This document shows positions 1-10,306 of a DNA stretch of 64,000 nucleotides, piece after piece. Source of the DNA: Candidatus Micrarchaeota archaeon (lineage in GTDB: Archaea > Micrarchaeota > Micrarchaeia > Anstonellales > Bilamarchaeaceae); contig CAZKHX010000001.1 of assembly GCA_964552755.1 (NCBI GenBank), forward strand, positions 18,007-82,006, read 5' to 3'. A program made the translations under genes and the position numbers. Position 1 is the stretch's first letter. Each line of letters opens with the position of its first letter. The notes under the pieces are model-generated. The model searched no databases, was not told the DNA's origin, and was given only the letters and a program-made list of their open reading frames with translations.

Positions 1-182
1 TTCCTCCAGAGCCTGCTGTCGGGGATTCTCCGCACATCGGTGCGCTGCGCATTGGCTGCCTTGTTCATGGATATATATACCGTCAAAGACATATTTAAAC
101 ATTTCTCCCCACCTAAAAACCACCGAAACCCTTTAAAAACCACATAATTTGCTTTAAACCGCTTTCGGGCTATTGAATATGC

Positions 183-1634
183 ATGGCCATTCCGGGTGCA
201 GCCACCTCAGGCAAAATCCTCAGTGGGATAAAGGACGGCACCTACCAAAAGCTCGTCTACAGGAGGATACCCGCATTCGTCATGCTCTCCATGGGCATGC
301 GGGTGGGGGACGAGGAATCCAACCATAAGGAGCTCGGCTACCCTCACGTACTGCCCACCGACCTGAACGTGGGCAACACGGTCCTCTTCTCGAAGCAGGA
401 ATGGGACAGGGACTTCGAGGCGGTTTCCGCTATGGCGGAAAAAGACCCGAATTTCCTGCACAGGGTTCTTGAGGGCGGCACTGCGCTCGGGGAGAAGCTC
501 ATGGGCATGGGAGACGAGATATTCTCCACCAGTTTTGAAGGCGAGAGAGAAGTCCGCCTTTACGAAGAATTCGGCAGCTTCTACTTCGAATGGATAAGGA
601 TATTCAGCTACCTCGATTCCATCCTCAACATCGAAAAATATATTGAATCCAAAATGAGGCAAATCCTCGAAGTGCGGGGCTGCAAGGATGTGGAAGGCAC
701 CCTCTACGCAATGGCCAAGCCGTCCAAGAAGACAATCGACGCGAACGAGCGGCTGGACATGCTCCGCATCGCTTCGGAATGCAAGCAGGGAATAAGCGAA
801 GAGAAGCTCAGCGGGCTTATAGACGAACACATTGAGAAATACTGGTTCACCAGCTTCTCCTGGGGCTCCGGCTCCCCCATGAGCCGTGGGGACCTCCTAC
901 TGCGCATCAAAGAGGCAAAAGAGCCGGATGCGGAACTGGAGAAGCTCGCGTATGAGGAAGAGATGCAAATAGATGACATGGAACTACGCAGGTGGTCGGA
1001 CCTCGGCCGCGGCTACGCCTGGCTCCGCACCGCCCGGCACCAGGCCGCAAGTTTTTCCCTTGTGAAAGTCCAGCATTCCCTCCTGAAGGAACTTGGGAGG
1101 AGGAAAGGCATTGAGCCCTGGGACATATTGTGGTCTTACCCCGAAGAGCTCACAGAAGGCAACCTGCAGCCCGCTTCCGTGCTGCGGGAAAGGCAGCGCT
1201 TCCCTGTTTTTGGGACTCTGGAGGGTGAAGTTGTCAAACTATACGGCGATTCTGCAGAGGCCCTCGTGAAAGAGGTAAATAGGTTCTTTATCGGAGAAGT
1301 GGAATTTGCAAAGGGCATTGTTGCGAACAAGGTAATGAATATTTCCGGGAAAGCGAAAATAGTGCGCACCGCGGACGAAATCGGAAAAGTGGAGCACGGC
1401 GACATCCTGATAGCGCCCATGACTGCCCCTTCCTTCGCGCCCGCGCTTGAGCGCGCCGCGGCATTCGTGACCGACGAGGGCGGCATCCTCTGCCACGCGG
1501 CGATAATAAGCAGGGAGATGGGCAAGAGCTGCATAGTCGGCACCAAAAGCGCAACTGCAATTTTCAAGGACGGGGATGTAGTGGAACTGGACATAGACAA
1601 AGGGACAGTGAAGAAGGCAGAGCATTCTAAATAA
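183..1634 (+). CDS. Uncharacterised protein with C-terminal PEP-utilising enzyme mobile (phosphohistidine swivel) domain, paralog 1 of 3
   Basis: C-terminal ~80 aa 'GDILIAPMTAPSFAPA...DEGGILCHAAIISREMGKSCIVG' match the PEP-utilizers swivel domain with the conserved phospho-His. N-terminal ~380 aa are unassigned but share motifs ('YW', 'NYA') with the next two ORFs. Confidence 0.7.
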   Translation: MAIPGAATSGKILSGIKDGTYQKLVYRRIPAFVMLSMGMRVGDEESNHKELGYPHVLPTDLNVGNTVLFSKQEWDRDFEAVSAMAEKDPNFLHRVLEGGTALGEKLMGMGDEIFSTSFEGEREVRLYEEFGSFYFEWIRIFSYLDSILNIEKYIESKMRQILEVRGCKDVEGTLYAMAKPSKKTIDANERLDMLRIASECKQGISEEKLSGLIDEHIEKYWFTSFSWGSGSPMSRGDLLLRIKEAKEPDAELEKLAYEEEMQIDDMELRRWSDLGRGYAWLRTARHQAASFSLVKVQHSLLKELGRRKGIEPWDILWSYPEELTEGNLQPASVLRERQRFPVFGTLEGEVVKLYGDSAEALVKEVNRFFIGEVEFAKGIVANKVMNISGKAKIVRTADEIGKVEHGDILIAPMTAPSFAPALERAAAFVTDEGGILCHAAIISREMGKSCIVGTKSATAIFKDGDVVELDIDKGTVKKAEHSK

Positions 1635-1656
1635 TCTTGCGGGCATAGGTGAGCCA

Positions 1657-3207
1657 ATGGAAGAAATGCAGCTTTTGGGAAAAGTGGACCTCAAGCAGGA
1701 ATGGACGCACAAAAGCTTCCATGGGATACTGCACACTTTTTTCCCTGCGGCAGAGGAAGCGTTCAAGCCCCTCAGGGACTATTATGGTGACTCCTTCACC
1801 AGCCATGTTTTCTTCGTCTCAGAAGACCATGCAAACTGGTATTGGAATACCACGGACATGAAGCGGATGCGGGATTCGCTCATAGCAAAAGTAAACGAAG
1901 ACCCGTCCTTCCTCGATAAGCTGCAGGAGGACTGGCTTGTGCGCGTGAAGGCATTTGAGGAAGCGATGGCAGAAGTTGGTTCGACCGACCTTTCAAAGCT
2001 TGATAATGAGGAGCTTTTCAGCCTTTACAAGAAGCTATACCTGGCATATTTGGATGAGTTTGCCCTGTGCACAGGCCTTCAAGAGTCCTTTTCCATGCAT
2101 GCAGATGAGCTTGTGCTGCCCGCGATAAAGAAGTTCCTTGAGGAAAAGGGCATCGGAGATTATTTCGTGGAGTACTATTCCATCCTCACTGCCCCGGTAG
2201 ACGAATCCTTCATCTTCCAGGAGAGGTTCGACCTCCTCAGGATATTGGAGATGGTGCAGAAAAGCCCGGAATTGACGGATTTGTTCGGGAAGGATGCTGC
2301 GGAGATCGAAGAGGAATTGGAAAAACACAAAAAACTGAAAGCCATGCTGGAGGCGCATGCGGAGAAGTTCTACTGGGTGCAGAACAATTACGCAGTAGCC
2401 AAAGTCCTTGACATGAGGTTCTTCATCAACGAAGTCAAGCGCCTCCTTCTCCCGGAAAATGCAGTTGATGCATCCGGCGAATTGAAGAAAATGGAAGCTC
2501 AGGTCCCTGAAATAAAAGAGAGAAAGAAAAAGCTGATTGAGGAGCTCGGCATTCCTCAGGAACTTCAGAATCTGCTCCGGATAGGGGAAGTTTTCACCTA
2601 CATGCAAGACGTCAAGAAGAAATACACCCTCATCTCAAACCATTACCAGAAATTATTCAGGGATGAAATTGGGAAAAGGCTGGGGCTCAGCGAAGAGGAG
2701 ATGGACTATACTTATATCTGGGAACTTGAAGGGATGCTGATGGATGGGAAAGTGGACAAAGGGGCACTGCGCTCCCGGAAAAAAAATTGCATGGGCATCT
2801 TCACCTTGGGCGGCTACCAGATAATATGCGGCGATGAAGCCGGCAGGATTTATGACCGGCAATTCAGGATTAAAGCCAAGGCAGATGAAATACGGGGAGC
2901 TGTTGCCTCTAAAGGAATCGCGAGAGGGATAGTCCGGGTTGTGAGGAAGACCCACGATTTGGTGAAGGTAATGAAGGGGGACGTGCTGGTCGCAAGCATG
3001 ACCCGGCCCGAGATGGTTACTGCGATGGAGAAGGCCTGCGCAATAGTAACGGACGAAGGGGGGCTGACCTGCCATGCGGCAATTGTTTCACGTGAGCTCG
3101 GCATTCCATGCATAATAGGAACAAAAATCGCTACTACTGTCTTGAAAGATGGAGATGAAGTGGAAGTGAATGCGGACAAGGGAAAGGTAAAAAAGATATC
3201 CGGCTGA
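1657..3207 (+). CDS. PEP-utilising mobile-domain protein, paralog 2 of 3
   Basis: C-terminus 'GDVLVASMTRPEMV...DEGGLTCHAAIVSRELGIPCIIG'. N-terminal region shares 'KFYWVQNNYA' with paralog 3 ('KYYWLRCNYA'). Confidence 0.7.
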   Translation: MEEMQLLGKVDLKQEWTHKSFHGILHTFFPAAEEAFKPLRDYYGDSFTSHVFFVSEDHANWYWNTTDMKRMRDSLIAKVNEDPSFLDKLQEDWLVRVKAFEEAMAEVGSTDLSKLDNEELFSLYKKLYLAYLDEFALCTGLQESFSMHADELVLPAIKKFLEEKGIGDYFVEYYSILTAPVDESFIFQERFDLLRILEMVQKSPELTDLFGKDAAEIEEELEKHKKLKAMLEAHAEKFYWVQNNYAVAKVLDMRFFINEVKRLLLPENAVDASGELKKMEAQVPEIKERKKKLIEELGIPQELQNLLRIGEVFTYMQDVKKKYTLISNHYQKLFRDEIGKRLGLSEEEMDYTYIWELEGMLMDGKVDKGALRSRKKNCMGIFTLGGYQIICGDEAGRIYDRQFRIKAKADEIRGAVASKGIARGIVRVVRKTHDLVKVMKGDVLVASMTRPEMVTAMEKACAIVTDEGGLTCHAAIVSRELGIPCIIGTKIATTVLKDGDEVEVNADKGKVKKISG

Positions 3208-3218
3208 ATGGAATTCGC

Positions 3219-4781
3219 ATGAAGAGCGTAGAGGAAGTGAAGGAAGAAGCAAAGAAGGAATGGTACATACAAGGGTTCAACGGTGCTCCGAATTACATGA
3301 TGCTGGGCGAAGTTTCGGGGATTCGGGCATGCAACCGCATGAGCGGCTACGGCTACACGAAGTTTCTCTCGGAATACAGGAACGACTATTGCGATTTTGG
3401 GTATTACGCAAAGGACCTGGAGAATGTGGGGAGGGAATTCATGCGCAGGCAAAGGGAAAACCCTGCCTACCTTTCGGAAATGATAGCGAAATATGATGCG
3501 GAGGCGGAAAAGCTCTTCTCATTCGTGGAAGAGCTCAGGAAAAAGGACCTTTCCTCCCTCCCGGCCGGCGAGCTTATCGGCATTTACCAGGAATTGTTCA
3601 AGCGCTATTACGGGCCGCTCGGCTACGGCCACCTGCTGGAGGGCCTTGTGATAACCTCGGATGGGGTGATAAAGGCGAAGCTGCTGGACGTTCTGAAGAA
3701 GGCGAGGAGGGAAAGGGAGCTGAACAGGATATTTTCGGTCCTTACTCAGCCGGTTGAGCCGTCCTTCACCAACCTGCAGAACCTGGAGATGCTCAGGCTG
3801 GCAAAATACCTGAGGGACAACGGCTATGCAGGGCTGTTCAGGGGCTCTCCCGCGGAAGCGTGGGAAAAGCTTCCCGAAGGGCCGAAGGAAATGATATGGC
3901 GGCATGTTGAAAAATACTACTGGCTGAGGTGCAACTATGCCTCTGCCGTCCCGCTTGGGCCCGAGGACATAGTGGAGGAGCTTGCCGGGCTCGTGACCGA
4001 GTTGAATCTTGAAGAGCAGATAGAAGCGGAAGAGAAGCGCTATGCGCACATCCGCTCGGAAAAGGAAAAGCTGATGGAGGAGCTTGGCATGCAGGACGAA
4101 GAGCTCAGGTCCTACCTGTCCATGATGGAAACGGTTGCCAAGTGGCAGGACGACCGCAAGATTGAGATACTCGTCGGCATCGCAAACCTCGAGAATGTGC
4201 TTTCCGAAATCGTCCGCAGGTTCGGCCTTAAGCAGGAGCTGATGCGGTACTTAATCCATTACGAAGTGGATGAAGGCACCCTCAGGAAAATGACCAATGA
4301 AATGCTGGAAGAGAGGAGGGATGGCTGCGTAATCTATTCAGAACTGGTGGAAAAGGATGGGCTCCCCGACGTTGAAACCACAATTTTCACCGGGGACGAT
4401 TATAAGGCGCTGCACCGGGCCATCAGCGCGGCAAGAAAGGGCACGAGCGAGGACCTCCACGGGCTTACCGCTTCCACGGGAAAGGTTTCCGGCAGAGTAA
4501 GAATATGCAAGAGCCTTGAAAGCATCCGCGACTTTAAGGAGGGAGACGTGCTCGTTGCCTCCATGACAAGGCCGGAATTCGTGCCCGCGATGAAGAAGGC
4601 CGCCGCGATAGTCACGGACGAAGGCGGCATCACGTGCCACGCCGCCATAGTGAGCAGGGAGCTGGGGATTCCCTGCATAATCGGCACGAAGATGGCTACA
4701 AGGGTGCTCAAGGACGGGGACATCGTCGAGGTGAATGCCAACCACGGACTGGTGAGGGTGCTGGAGAAGAAGGAACAGTAA
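3219..4781 (+). CDS. PEP-utilising mobile-domain protein, paralog 3 of 3
   Basis: C-terminus 'GDVLVASMTRPEFV...DEGGITCHAAIVSRELGIPCIIG'. Same architecture as the two preceding genes and tightly spaced with them. Confidence 0.7.
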   Translation: MKSVEEVKEEAKKEWYIQGFNGAPNYMMLGEVSGIRACNRMSGYGYTKFLSEYRNDYCDFGYYAKDLENVGREFMRRQRENPAYLSEMIAKYDAEAEKLFSFVEELRKKDLSSLPAGELIGIYQELFKRYYGPLGYGHLLEGLVITSDGVIKAKLLDVLKKARRERELNRIFSVLTQPVEPSFTNLQNLEMLRLAKYLRDNGYAGLFRGSPAEAWEKLPEGPKEMIWRHVEKYYWLRCNYASAVPLGPEDIVEELAGLVTELNLEEQIEAEEKRYAHIRSEKEKLMEELGMQDEELRSYLSMMETVAKWQDDRKIEILVGIANLENVLSEIVRRFGLKQELMRYLIHYEVDEGTLRKMTNEMLEERRDGCVIYSELVEKDGLPDVETTIFTGDDYKALHRAISAARKGTSEDLHGLTASTGKVSGRVRICKSLESIRDFKEGDVLVASMTRPEFVPAMKKAAAIVTDEGGITCHAAIVSRELGIPCIIGTKMATRVLKDGDIVEVNANHGLVRVLEKKEQ

Positions 4782-4807
4782 AAAAGATATCCGCCTAATC
4801 TATTTCC

Positions 4808-5719
4808 ATGAAGACTCTTGTTTCTGTTTCAGATTTGAGCAAGGAGGACATCCTGAAAATCCTCGACTATTCGGACAAGTTCGACACCGGGAAGCTTGAG
4901 CCCTACGGATATGCAAAGGGCAAGGCGCTCGGCATAGTCTTCCTGCAGGAGAGCCTGCGCACCTCCGCTTCCCTGAAAGTGGCGATGATAAAGCTGGGCG
5001 GCGGCTGGGTGGACTTTGACCTCAGCTATGTGAAGAGCGGCGAAGAGGACCTGGAGGACAGCCTCGTGGCGATTGCGCCCATGGTGGACATCATAGGCAT
5101 CCGCGGCCCGGCGGACATCGACATCGCGCCCATTGCGAAGGAGATAAGCACGCCGATGGTAAATGCGATGATAGGGATGGAGCACTCAATAGGCGTGATA
5201 TGGATGGCGTACACCGTATGGAAGCGCCTCGGGAAAATGGAGGGGCTGAACGTCGGGGTTTACGGGCTCAGCAGGTACTCCCGGCCGGCGATTGCGCTAT
5301 ACAGGATACTTTCAAAGCTGGGCGCGAACTTCATAGAGGATTCCATCATTGACGAAGCGGGCACGCAGCCGGAGCTGATTGGGGAAATAGAAAAGAACGG
5401 GGGCAAGTTCAGCAGGGGCAAGCTGGAGGATTTCATAGGAAAGGTGGACTTCCTCTTCGTGCCCGAAGGCCTGCCGGTGAAAGGCGCAGACCAGAAGATA
5501 GTGGATGAATTCAACAAAGGGTACAAGCCGCTGAACAATGAAATGCTCAAGGGGCTCAGGGAGGACGCGGTTTTCGAATACTCCATGCCCCGCGCATTGA
5601 CTGACGGGAGATTGGTTGCGGAAAAGGAAGTGGACTCGGACAAGCGCCTCATTACCTACGAGCTGATGGAAAAGGCAATCCCCGTGAACATGGGAATTTT
5701 CGCATGGTGCTTTGAATAG
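4808..5719 (+). CDS. Aspartate/ornithine carbamoyltransferase-fold protein (divergent)
   Basis: N-terminal 'GKALGIVFLQESLRTSASLKVAMIKLGG' resembles the carbamoyl-phosphate-binding region of ATCase/OTCase, with 'SLRTS' in place of 'STRTR'. Canonical HPxQ and HCLP motifs are not recognisable. Confidence 0.45.
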   Translation: MKTLVSVSDLSKEDILKILDYSDKFDTGKLEPYGYAKGKALGIVFLQESLRTSASLKVAMIKLGGGWVDFDLSYVKSGEEDLEDSLVAIAPMVDIIGIRGPADIDIAPIAKEISTPMVNAMIGMEHSIGVIWMAYTVWKRLGKMEGLNVGVYGLSRYSRPAIALYRILSKLGANFIEDSIIDEAGTQPELIGEIEKNGGKFSRGKLEDFIGKVDFLFVPEGLPVKGADQKIVDEFNKGYKPLNNEMLKGLREDAVFEYSMPRALTDGRLVAEKEVDSDKRLITYELMEKAIPVNMGIFAWCFE

Positions 5720-6789
5720 GATATGGCTCACGCTGAGTGCATCATTTTCCGAATAAAAATTCGGGGAAAAGATGACAACAGAAAATTTAGCGTATGTATT
5801 ATGCCTTTAGTAACTGCAGGCTGAAAGCCTCGCTTGCGCTAAGCTCTTACACCCCAGTTCTATCAAACGGATCTGTTATCCGCGGCCTTTGCTTATTCGT
5901 TTTGAGAGTGGCTTCGACCTTAGATGCTTTCAGGTCTTATCCACGTAGAGCGTAGCTGCCCAGCAATGCATTGATACAACTGGTCCACCAGAGGCTCCGA
6001 ATCCCTGTTCCTCTCGTACTCAAGGATCCTTACTCTCAATAAGCAACACTTCCTGAAGATACTACCGTACTGTCTCGCGACGTACTGAACCCAGCTCATG
6101 TGGGACTTTGATGGATGTACAACCCAACCCTTGGTGGCTCCTGCACCACCAGGATGTCCCAAGCCGACAGCGATGTACCAAGCCGCGAGGTCGATGTGTA
6201 CTCTCACCCGCGACGAGCCTGTTACCCCCAGGGTAGCTTGTTTGACAGCTTAAATCCCTACCAATAGGATATTAAGGTTCACTAAGCCCGGCTTTCGCCT
6301 CTGCGTTCCATGCTTTTAAGAACACAGTCAGCCCTGCATTTGTCTTTCACCCTCTACAGCGGATTTCTGACCCGCTTGAGCAGAGCATTGGGCACCCTTG
6401 TTTCCCTATCGAGGGCGTACCGCCCCAGCCAAACTATCCACCTGACGCTGTCCTCTTGCGAGTAAGCAATACCAGAATGATTAAGTGGTGTTACACTTTC
6501 GCCTCCACGCGGCCCGGAAGCCGCGCTTCGAAGGCTCCCACTTACTCTCGGTAACCACCCCGATACCACAACATCAGGCTATAGTAAAGCTCCATGGGGT
6601 CTTCGTTTCCCTCAGGAAGTCCCCGGCATGTTCACCGGGTAGTGAGTTCACCAGGTCCCAAGCAGGGACAGTGGGAGCGACGTTACGCCGTTCATGCAAG
6701 CCGCCAATTAAGCGGCGAGGTATTACGCTCACGTTGTTACTCGCTTCACAAGAAGCGGGGCCGGTCATTTCTGCCGGCCTCCGTGCATC

Positions 6790-7420
6790 GCTGCACGGGT
6801 CGGACTGTATCTTCGGCTTTCGCCGTCTAGCGTTCAGTCTCTGAGGATTCTAGATACTTCGGGATCGGTTTGCGGTTCATCTGGGAGATTATCCGGGCTA
6901 TCCGGTCGAGCCCTTCCCTCCGGAGGTGTTCCTTTTCCTCCATCATGGAAAGAACTTCTTCGAACAGCTCGAAGTTCCTGCGCTTGGAAGTCTGCAGCGG
7001 GTGTTCCTTGAAGAACTCAATGAGTTTCCTCAGGTTTTTCACCCCTCTCACCCGGAACTCCTTTCTGTCTCCATTGTTCTGGGTCACTTTGCCGAATCCG
7101 AAGTAATTCCGGATGCGGTAAAGAACTTCCTCATCGCGCTGGTGCTGCACCACCCTGAATTCGGGCAGCACAGTCCAACCGAGGGTCATTTTCCCGAGCT
7201 TGTTCAAAGCCACGTGGAAACAACCTTCTCCGTCGACGAAACCGGCAATCCACTCAGCATCCAGCCTTTCCTGCTGATTGCCTGCACCCATCGCTTTTTC
7301 ACCACCTTCACGAGCTCTGCAGCGGTTATTAACCGTTGCCTCACCGCATTTCCGGTGGTAGCGTGGGATACACAGGTATTCCAGCATATAGCTAGATTTT
7401 ACTAAGGCAACTTAATTCAC
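6790..7420 (-). mobile_element. 23S rRNA intron (domain IV, about E. coli position 1850-1930) carrying a homing-endonuclease ORF
   Basis: About 600-800 nt of extra sequence lie between 23S landmarks that are adjacent in uninterrupted 23S. The insert contains a LAGLIDADG ORF. Exact splice junctions were not determined. Confidence 0.65.
6827..7387 (-). CDS. LAGLIDADG homing endonuclease (single-motif, I-CreI/I-PorI-like) encoded in the 23S intron
   Basis: 'WIAGFVDGEGCFHV' is a classic LAGLIDADG motif. Size is ~150-185 aa. The true start is probably the internal Met (MGAGNQQ..., ~7291) or the ORF is read through from the exon. Confidence 0.75.
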   Translation of the reverse strand: MLEYLCIPRYHRKCGEATVNNRCRAREGGEKAMGAGNQQERLDAEWIAGFVDGEGCFHVALNKLGKMTLGWTVLPEFRVVQHQRDEEVLYRIRNYFGFGKVTQNNGDRKEFRVRGVKNLRKLIEFFKEHPLQTSKRRNFELFEEVLSMMEEKEHLRREGLDRIARIISQMNRKPIPKYLESSETER

Positions 7421-10025
7421 CTTAAGAGGGTCAGAGTTACCCCCGCTCTTTACCAGCCCTTCTTTCCCTTGGACAGGACTTTCAGGTACTGGCAGTGAGC
7501 AGGCGTCGACCATCGTACGCAGCCTTTCGACCTAGCGATGATCTGTGTTTTTGGTAAACAGTCGCACTCCTCCGGTCTGTGCCACCTGCCCTTTACACAA
7601 AGGCAGGCATCCCTTCTTCCAAAGTTACGGGACCATTTTGCCGAGTTCCCTTGCCTGGGTTATCCTGACACACCTGAGCCTTTTCAGCTAGGGGCACCTG
7701 TACTAGTTCTAGGTACGGTTTCAGAGGATCGGATCAGCTTCTTTTTCACGGGCCACTGGAATCAGCCGAAGAAATTCCCATTAAGGCCTTAATCCCCTTC
7801 TCCTCATAATAAGACTCCGGGGATTTATTGCCCGTAGACAGGGTCTCCCCTGCTCGGCCTATCCAAAAGCGTCGGAAACTGAACTTGCGTTGCCGCATCT
7901 ACCTCCAAAGGGCAGGAATATTAACCTGCTTCCCTTTCCTGCACTAGGAGTTACCTGTGCAGTTAGGATCGCCTAACCCTCAGCTGATTCACATGGCTGA
8001 GGAATCCGTGCCCTATCAGGTGTCCAGGGTTCTCACCTGGATATGCTGCTACTAACGCCAGGATATTCGTACCAGATCGGTCCACAGGAACTCACGCCCC
8101 TGCTTCTCACCAACCCGGTCGCCCCCCTACTCCATAGGCTTTTGGCCTGGGTAAGGTATCGGAATCCGGTTTAGCCCCGTCAATTTTCAGAATCTGCATC
8201 CTCGACTGGTCCGCTATTACGCGTTGTTTAGAGGGTGGCTGCTTCTGAGCCTACCTTCCAGCTGTCTTTGGATAGAGACTCCTTTACGATTAACACTTAA
8301 CCGGAATTTAGGGCCCTTAACCTCACGTACGGTCGTTCCCGTAAGGTTCTACAGGCTTACCCCGTAGAGCCCACCGCCTTCGTCTAAAGAGACAACGGAT
8401 TCGGAGTTTGATAGGAAAGTGACACCTTTCGGAGCCGCTCTTTCCAGTCAGTGCTCTACCCCGCTGTCATCCTCGGAAGACGCTGTGCTGAGACACATTT
8501 CGGAGGGAACCCGCTATTGCTGTGTTCGACAGGACTTTCACCCCTACACCCCGGTCACCCAAGGGGAATATACCACCACTGGTTGCGGGCTTCCACCAGC
8601 CGTCAGGCTGGCTTCACCCTGCCAAGGCGTAGATCACACAGCTTCGGGTCCGTAACATGTGACTGGTCCCCTTTTCAGAGGATGCCCCTCATTGCTTGCG
8701 GGCACTTGCTTTCGCTTCGGCTCTCGCCTTGCCACATGCCATGACTCCCTGGCTCTTGCTTCGAGAAGAAAGATACGACACTGGTTAAACCGCCTCGATC
8801 CCACCCTTGCGGGAGTTCACTTCGGCGGCCCTACCCTTTCGCGCCGTACCTGCCTGTTACCACGTAGTTTCAGGGTCTTTTCGCACCCCTCCCGGGGTCC
8901 TTTTCAGCATTCGCTCGCGCTACTCATTCGCTATCGGTCTAGTGCCCCATATTTAGACTTGGAGATTGGTCTCCCCATATTCCCGTCCTCAAGCCGGAGG
9001 ACGGTACTCTTCATGGATCGCTCCCTTCGCCTTCGCATACGGGACTGTCACCCGCTATGGTATGGCTTTCCATCCAACTTCTGCTCAGCTCAGGGATGCT
9101 CCCCGCCACATCTGCCCTGCATTGCTGCAGGGTATTCGGCTCGGTCTGACCGGCTTTCATTCGCCATTACTAACCGGATCCCAATTGGTTTCTTTTCCAC
9201 CCGGTACTAAGATGTTTCAATTTCCGGGGTTCTTACACCCTCAGCATAACCGAAGGTGCACCGTCAGATCCTAGGATCATAGCTTGCGTGCAGCTACCCT
9301 AGGCGTATCGCCGCTTACCGCGTGACCGTGCGGGCACCAGCCTAGCCATCCACTACGTGGATTGCAACATATCCAAACTTTCTGTTGCCATCTCTTCCTG
9401 AACGTGTTCGCGCATAAAGCGGTCTCAGTAGCTAATGAGCCGCAAAACCTTTTCAGGCCAATGCGCCGCTCTCCCCTGATTGAGGGGACAAGCTAAGTAG
9501 TCTCTTAGTCACCGCGCCATACATGCAGAGGGCGCTCAATAAGAGGTAAGCTAGATATATGAACATACGGCTATTTAAAGGTTTCGTCGGTCCGGAGACG
9601 GGCAGCAGCATTTTTCTTCCTTCTATAACGAAAGCCATTTAACCCCTATTTGCCATAAATAAGCAATTATGCTCGAGCGCATACCCTGATTGTGAAAGTG
9701 GTTGAAAAGAAAGAACACGGGGAGAATGGCGCAGCGAAGAAGCTGGAAGCGCTCGGAGTGGATCCGGCAAGCATATCCCGGAAAAAAGCTTCCATATCCT
9801 ATACTATCCTCGCCCTTTCAAAAGAAGGGGTTGAGCTGCCCATGTCCCTCTCGTTCCCCGATGTGAAGGCGGCAACGGAAGCAAGGCGGGCAGAGCTTGG
9901 GGGCGCGCGCATGGAGATGGCAGGGCGCCTCTGCTTCGGATTCAGCCCGGTGCAATAGGCACATTACAAATTTTTCAGGAAAAACAAAAAACTTAAAAGA
10001 ATCGCGGAATTTATGCTCTCGGTGC

Positions 10026-10280
10026 ATGACCATGTTGAATGCAAAAAGCTTGGGTCTTGCTGCAGGTGTCCTTTGGGGGCTTTCAGTCTTCATAATGGCG
10101 CTTGTGGGAGTAACCGGGTACCTGGCAGGCCTAGTGGCCGGCCTCGGGACAGTGTACATCGGGTATCAGGAGGGAATCGTAGGTGCCATCATCGGGCTCA
10201 TCTACGGATTCATTGACGGATTCATCTTCTTCTACCTCCTCGGCTGGCTGTACAACATGTTTGAAGGCAAGAAGAAGTAG
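10026..10280 (+). CDS. Small glycine-zipper membrane protein (GlsB/YeaQ/YmgE-like)
   Basis: 84-aa ORF 'MTMLNAKSLGLAAGVLWGL...GAIIGLIYGFIDG...' contains two TM helices with GxxxG repeats. A TATA-like 'CTTAAAAGAA' lies upstream. Confidence 0.4.
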   Translation: MTMLNAKSLGLAAGVLWGLSVFIMALVGVTGYLAGLVAGLGTVYIGYQEGIVGAIIGLIYGFIDGFIFFYLLGWLYNMFEGKKK

Positions 10281-10306
10281 GCCTTTCCATTTCTCCTTTT
10301 TCTTTT

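Larger units (their letters stand above)
5797..9397 (-). rRNA. rrl: 23S (LSU) rRNA, intron-containing, not linked to a 16S gene in this window
   Basis: Reverse complement contains 23S landmarks: 'GACCCCATGGAGCTTTACTATA' (~E. coli 1930), 'CTGTTTACCAAAAACACAGATCAT' (~1775), 'CTGAAAGCATCTAAGG' (~2760), and 5' region 'GGGTGTAAGAACCCCGGAAATTGAAACATCTTAGTA'. Ends are approximate (+/-30 nt). No SSU sequence lies on either side. Confidence 0.85.

Noticed and set aside
5721-5796. Searched the spacer downstream of the 23S 3' end for a 5S rRNA
   Set aside because: No 5S-like helices or conserved loop sequences were seen. The segment is most simply the 23S 3' trailer.
5920-9274. Multiple 60-190-aa ORFs on both strands (e.g. 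5920..6207, 8659..9210, 8966..9274)
   Set aside because: They lie entirely within the 23S rRNA gene.
9240-9300. Near-perfect palindrome 'CCTAGGG-TAGCT-GCACGCA-AGCTA-TGAT-CCTAGG' near the 23S 5' end, considered as a second small BHB intron
   Set aside because: It more likely corresponds to a native 5'-domain helix of LSU rRNA. No bulge-helix-bulge geometry with 3-nt bulges could be drawn confidently.
9692-9958. 88-aa ORF upstream of the 23S 5' end
   Set aside because: Starts at GTG in the rRNA promoter or leader region. No supporting motifs. Likely spurious.
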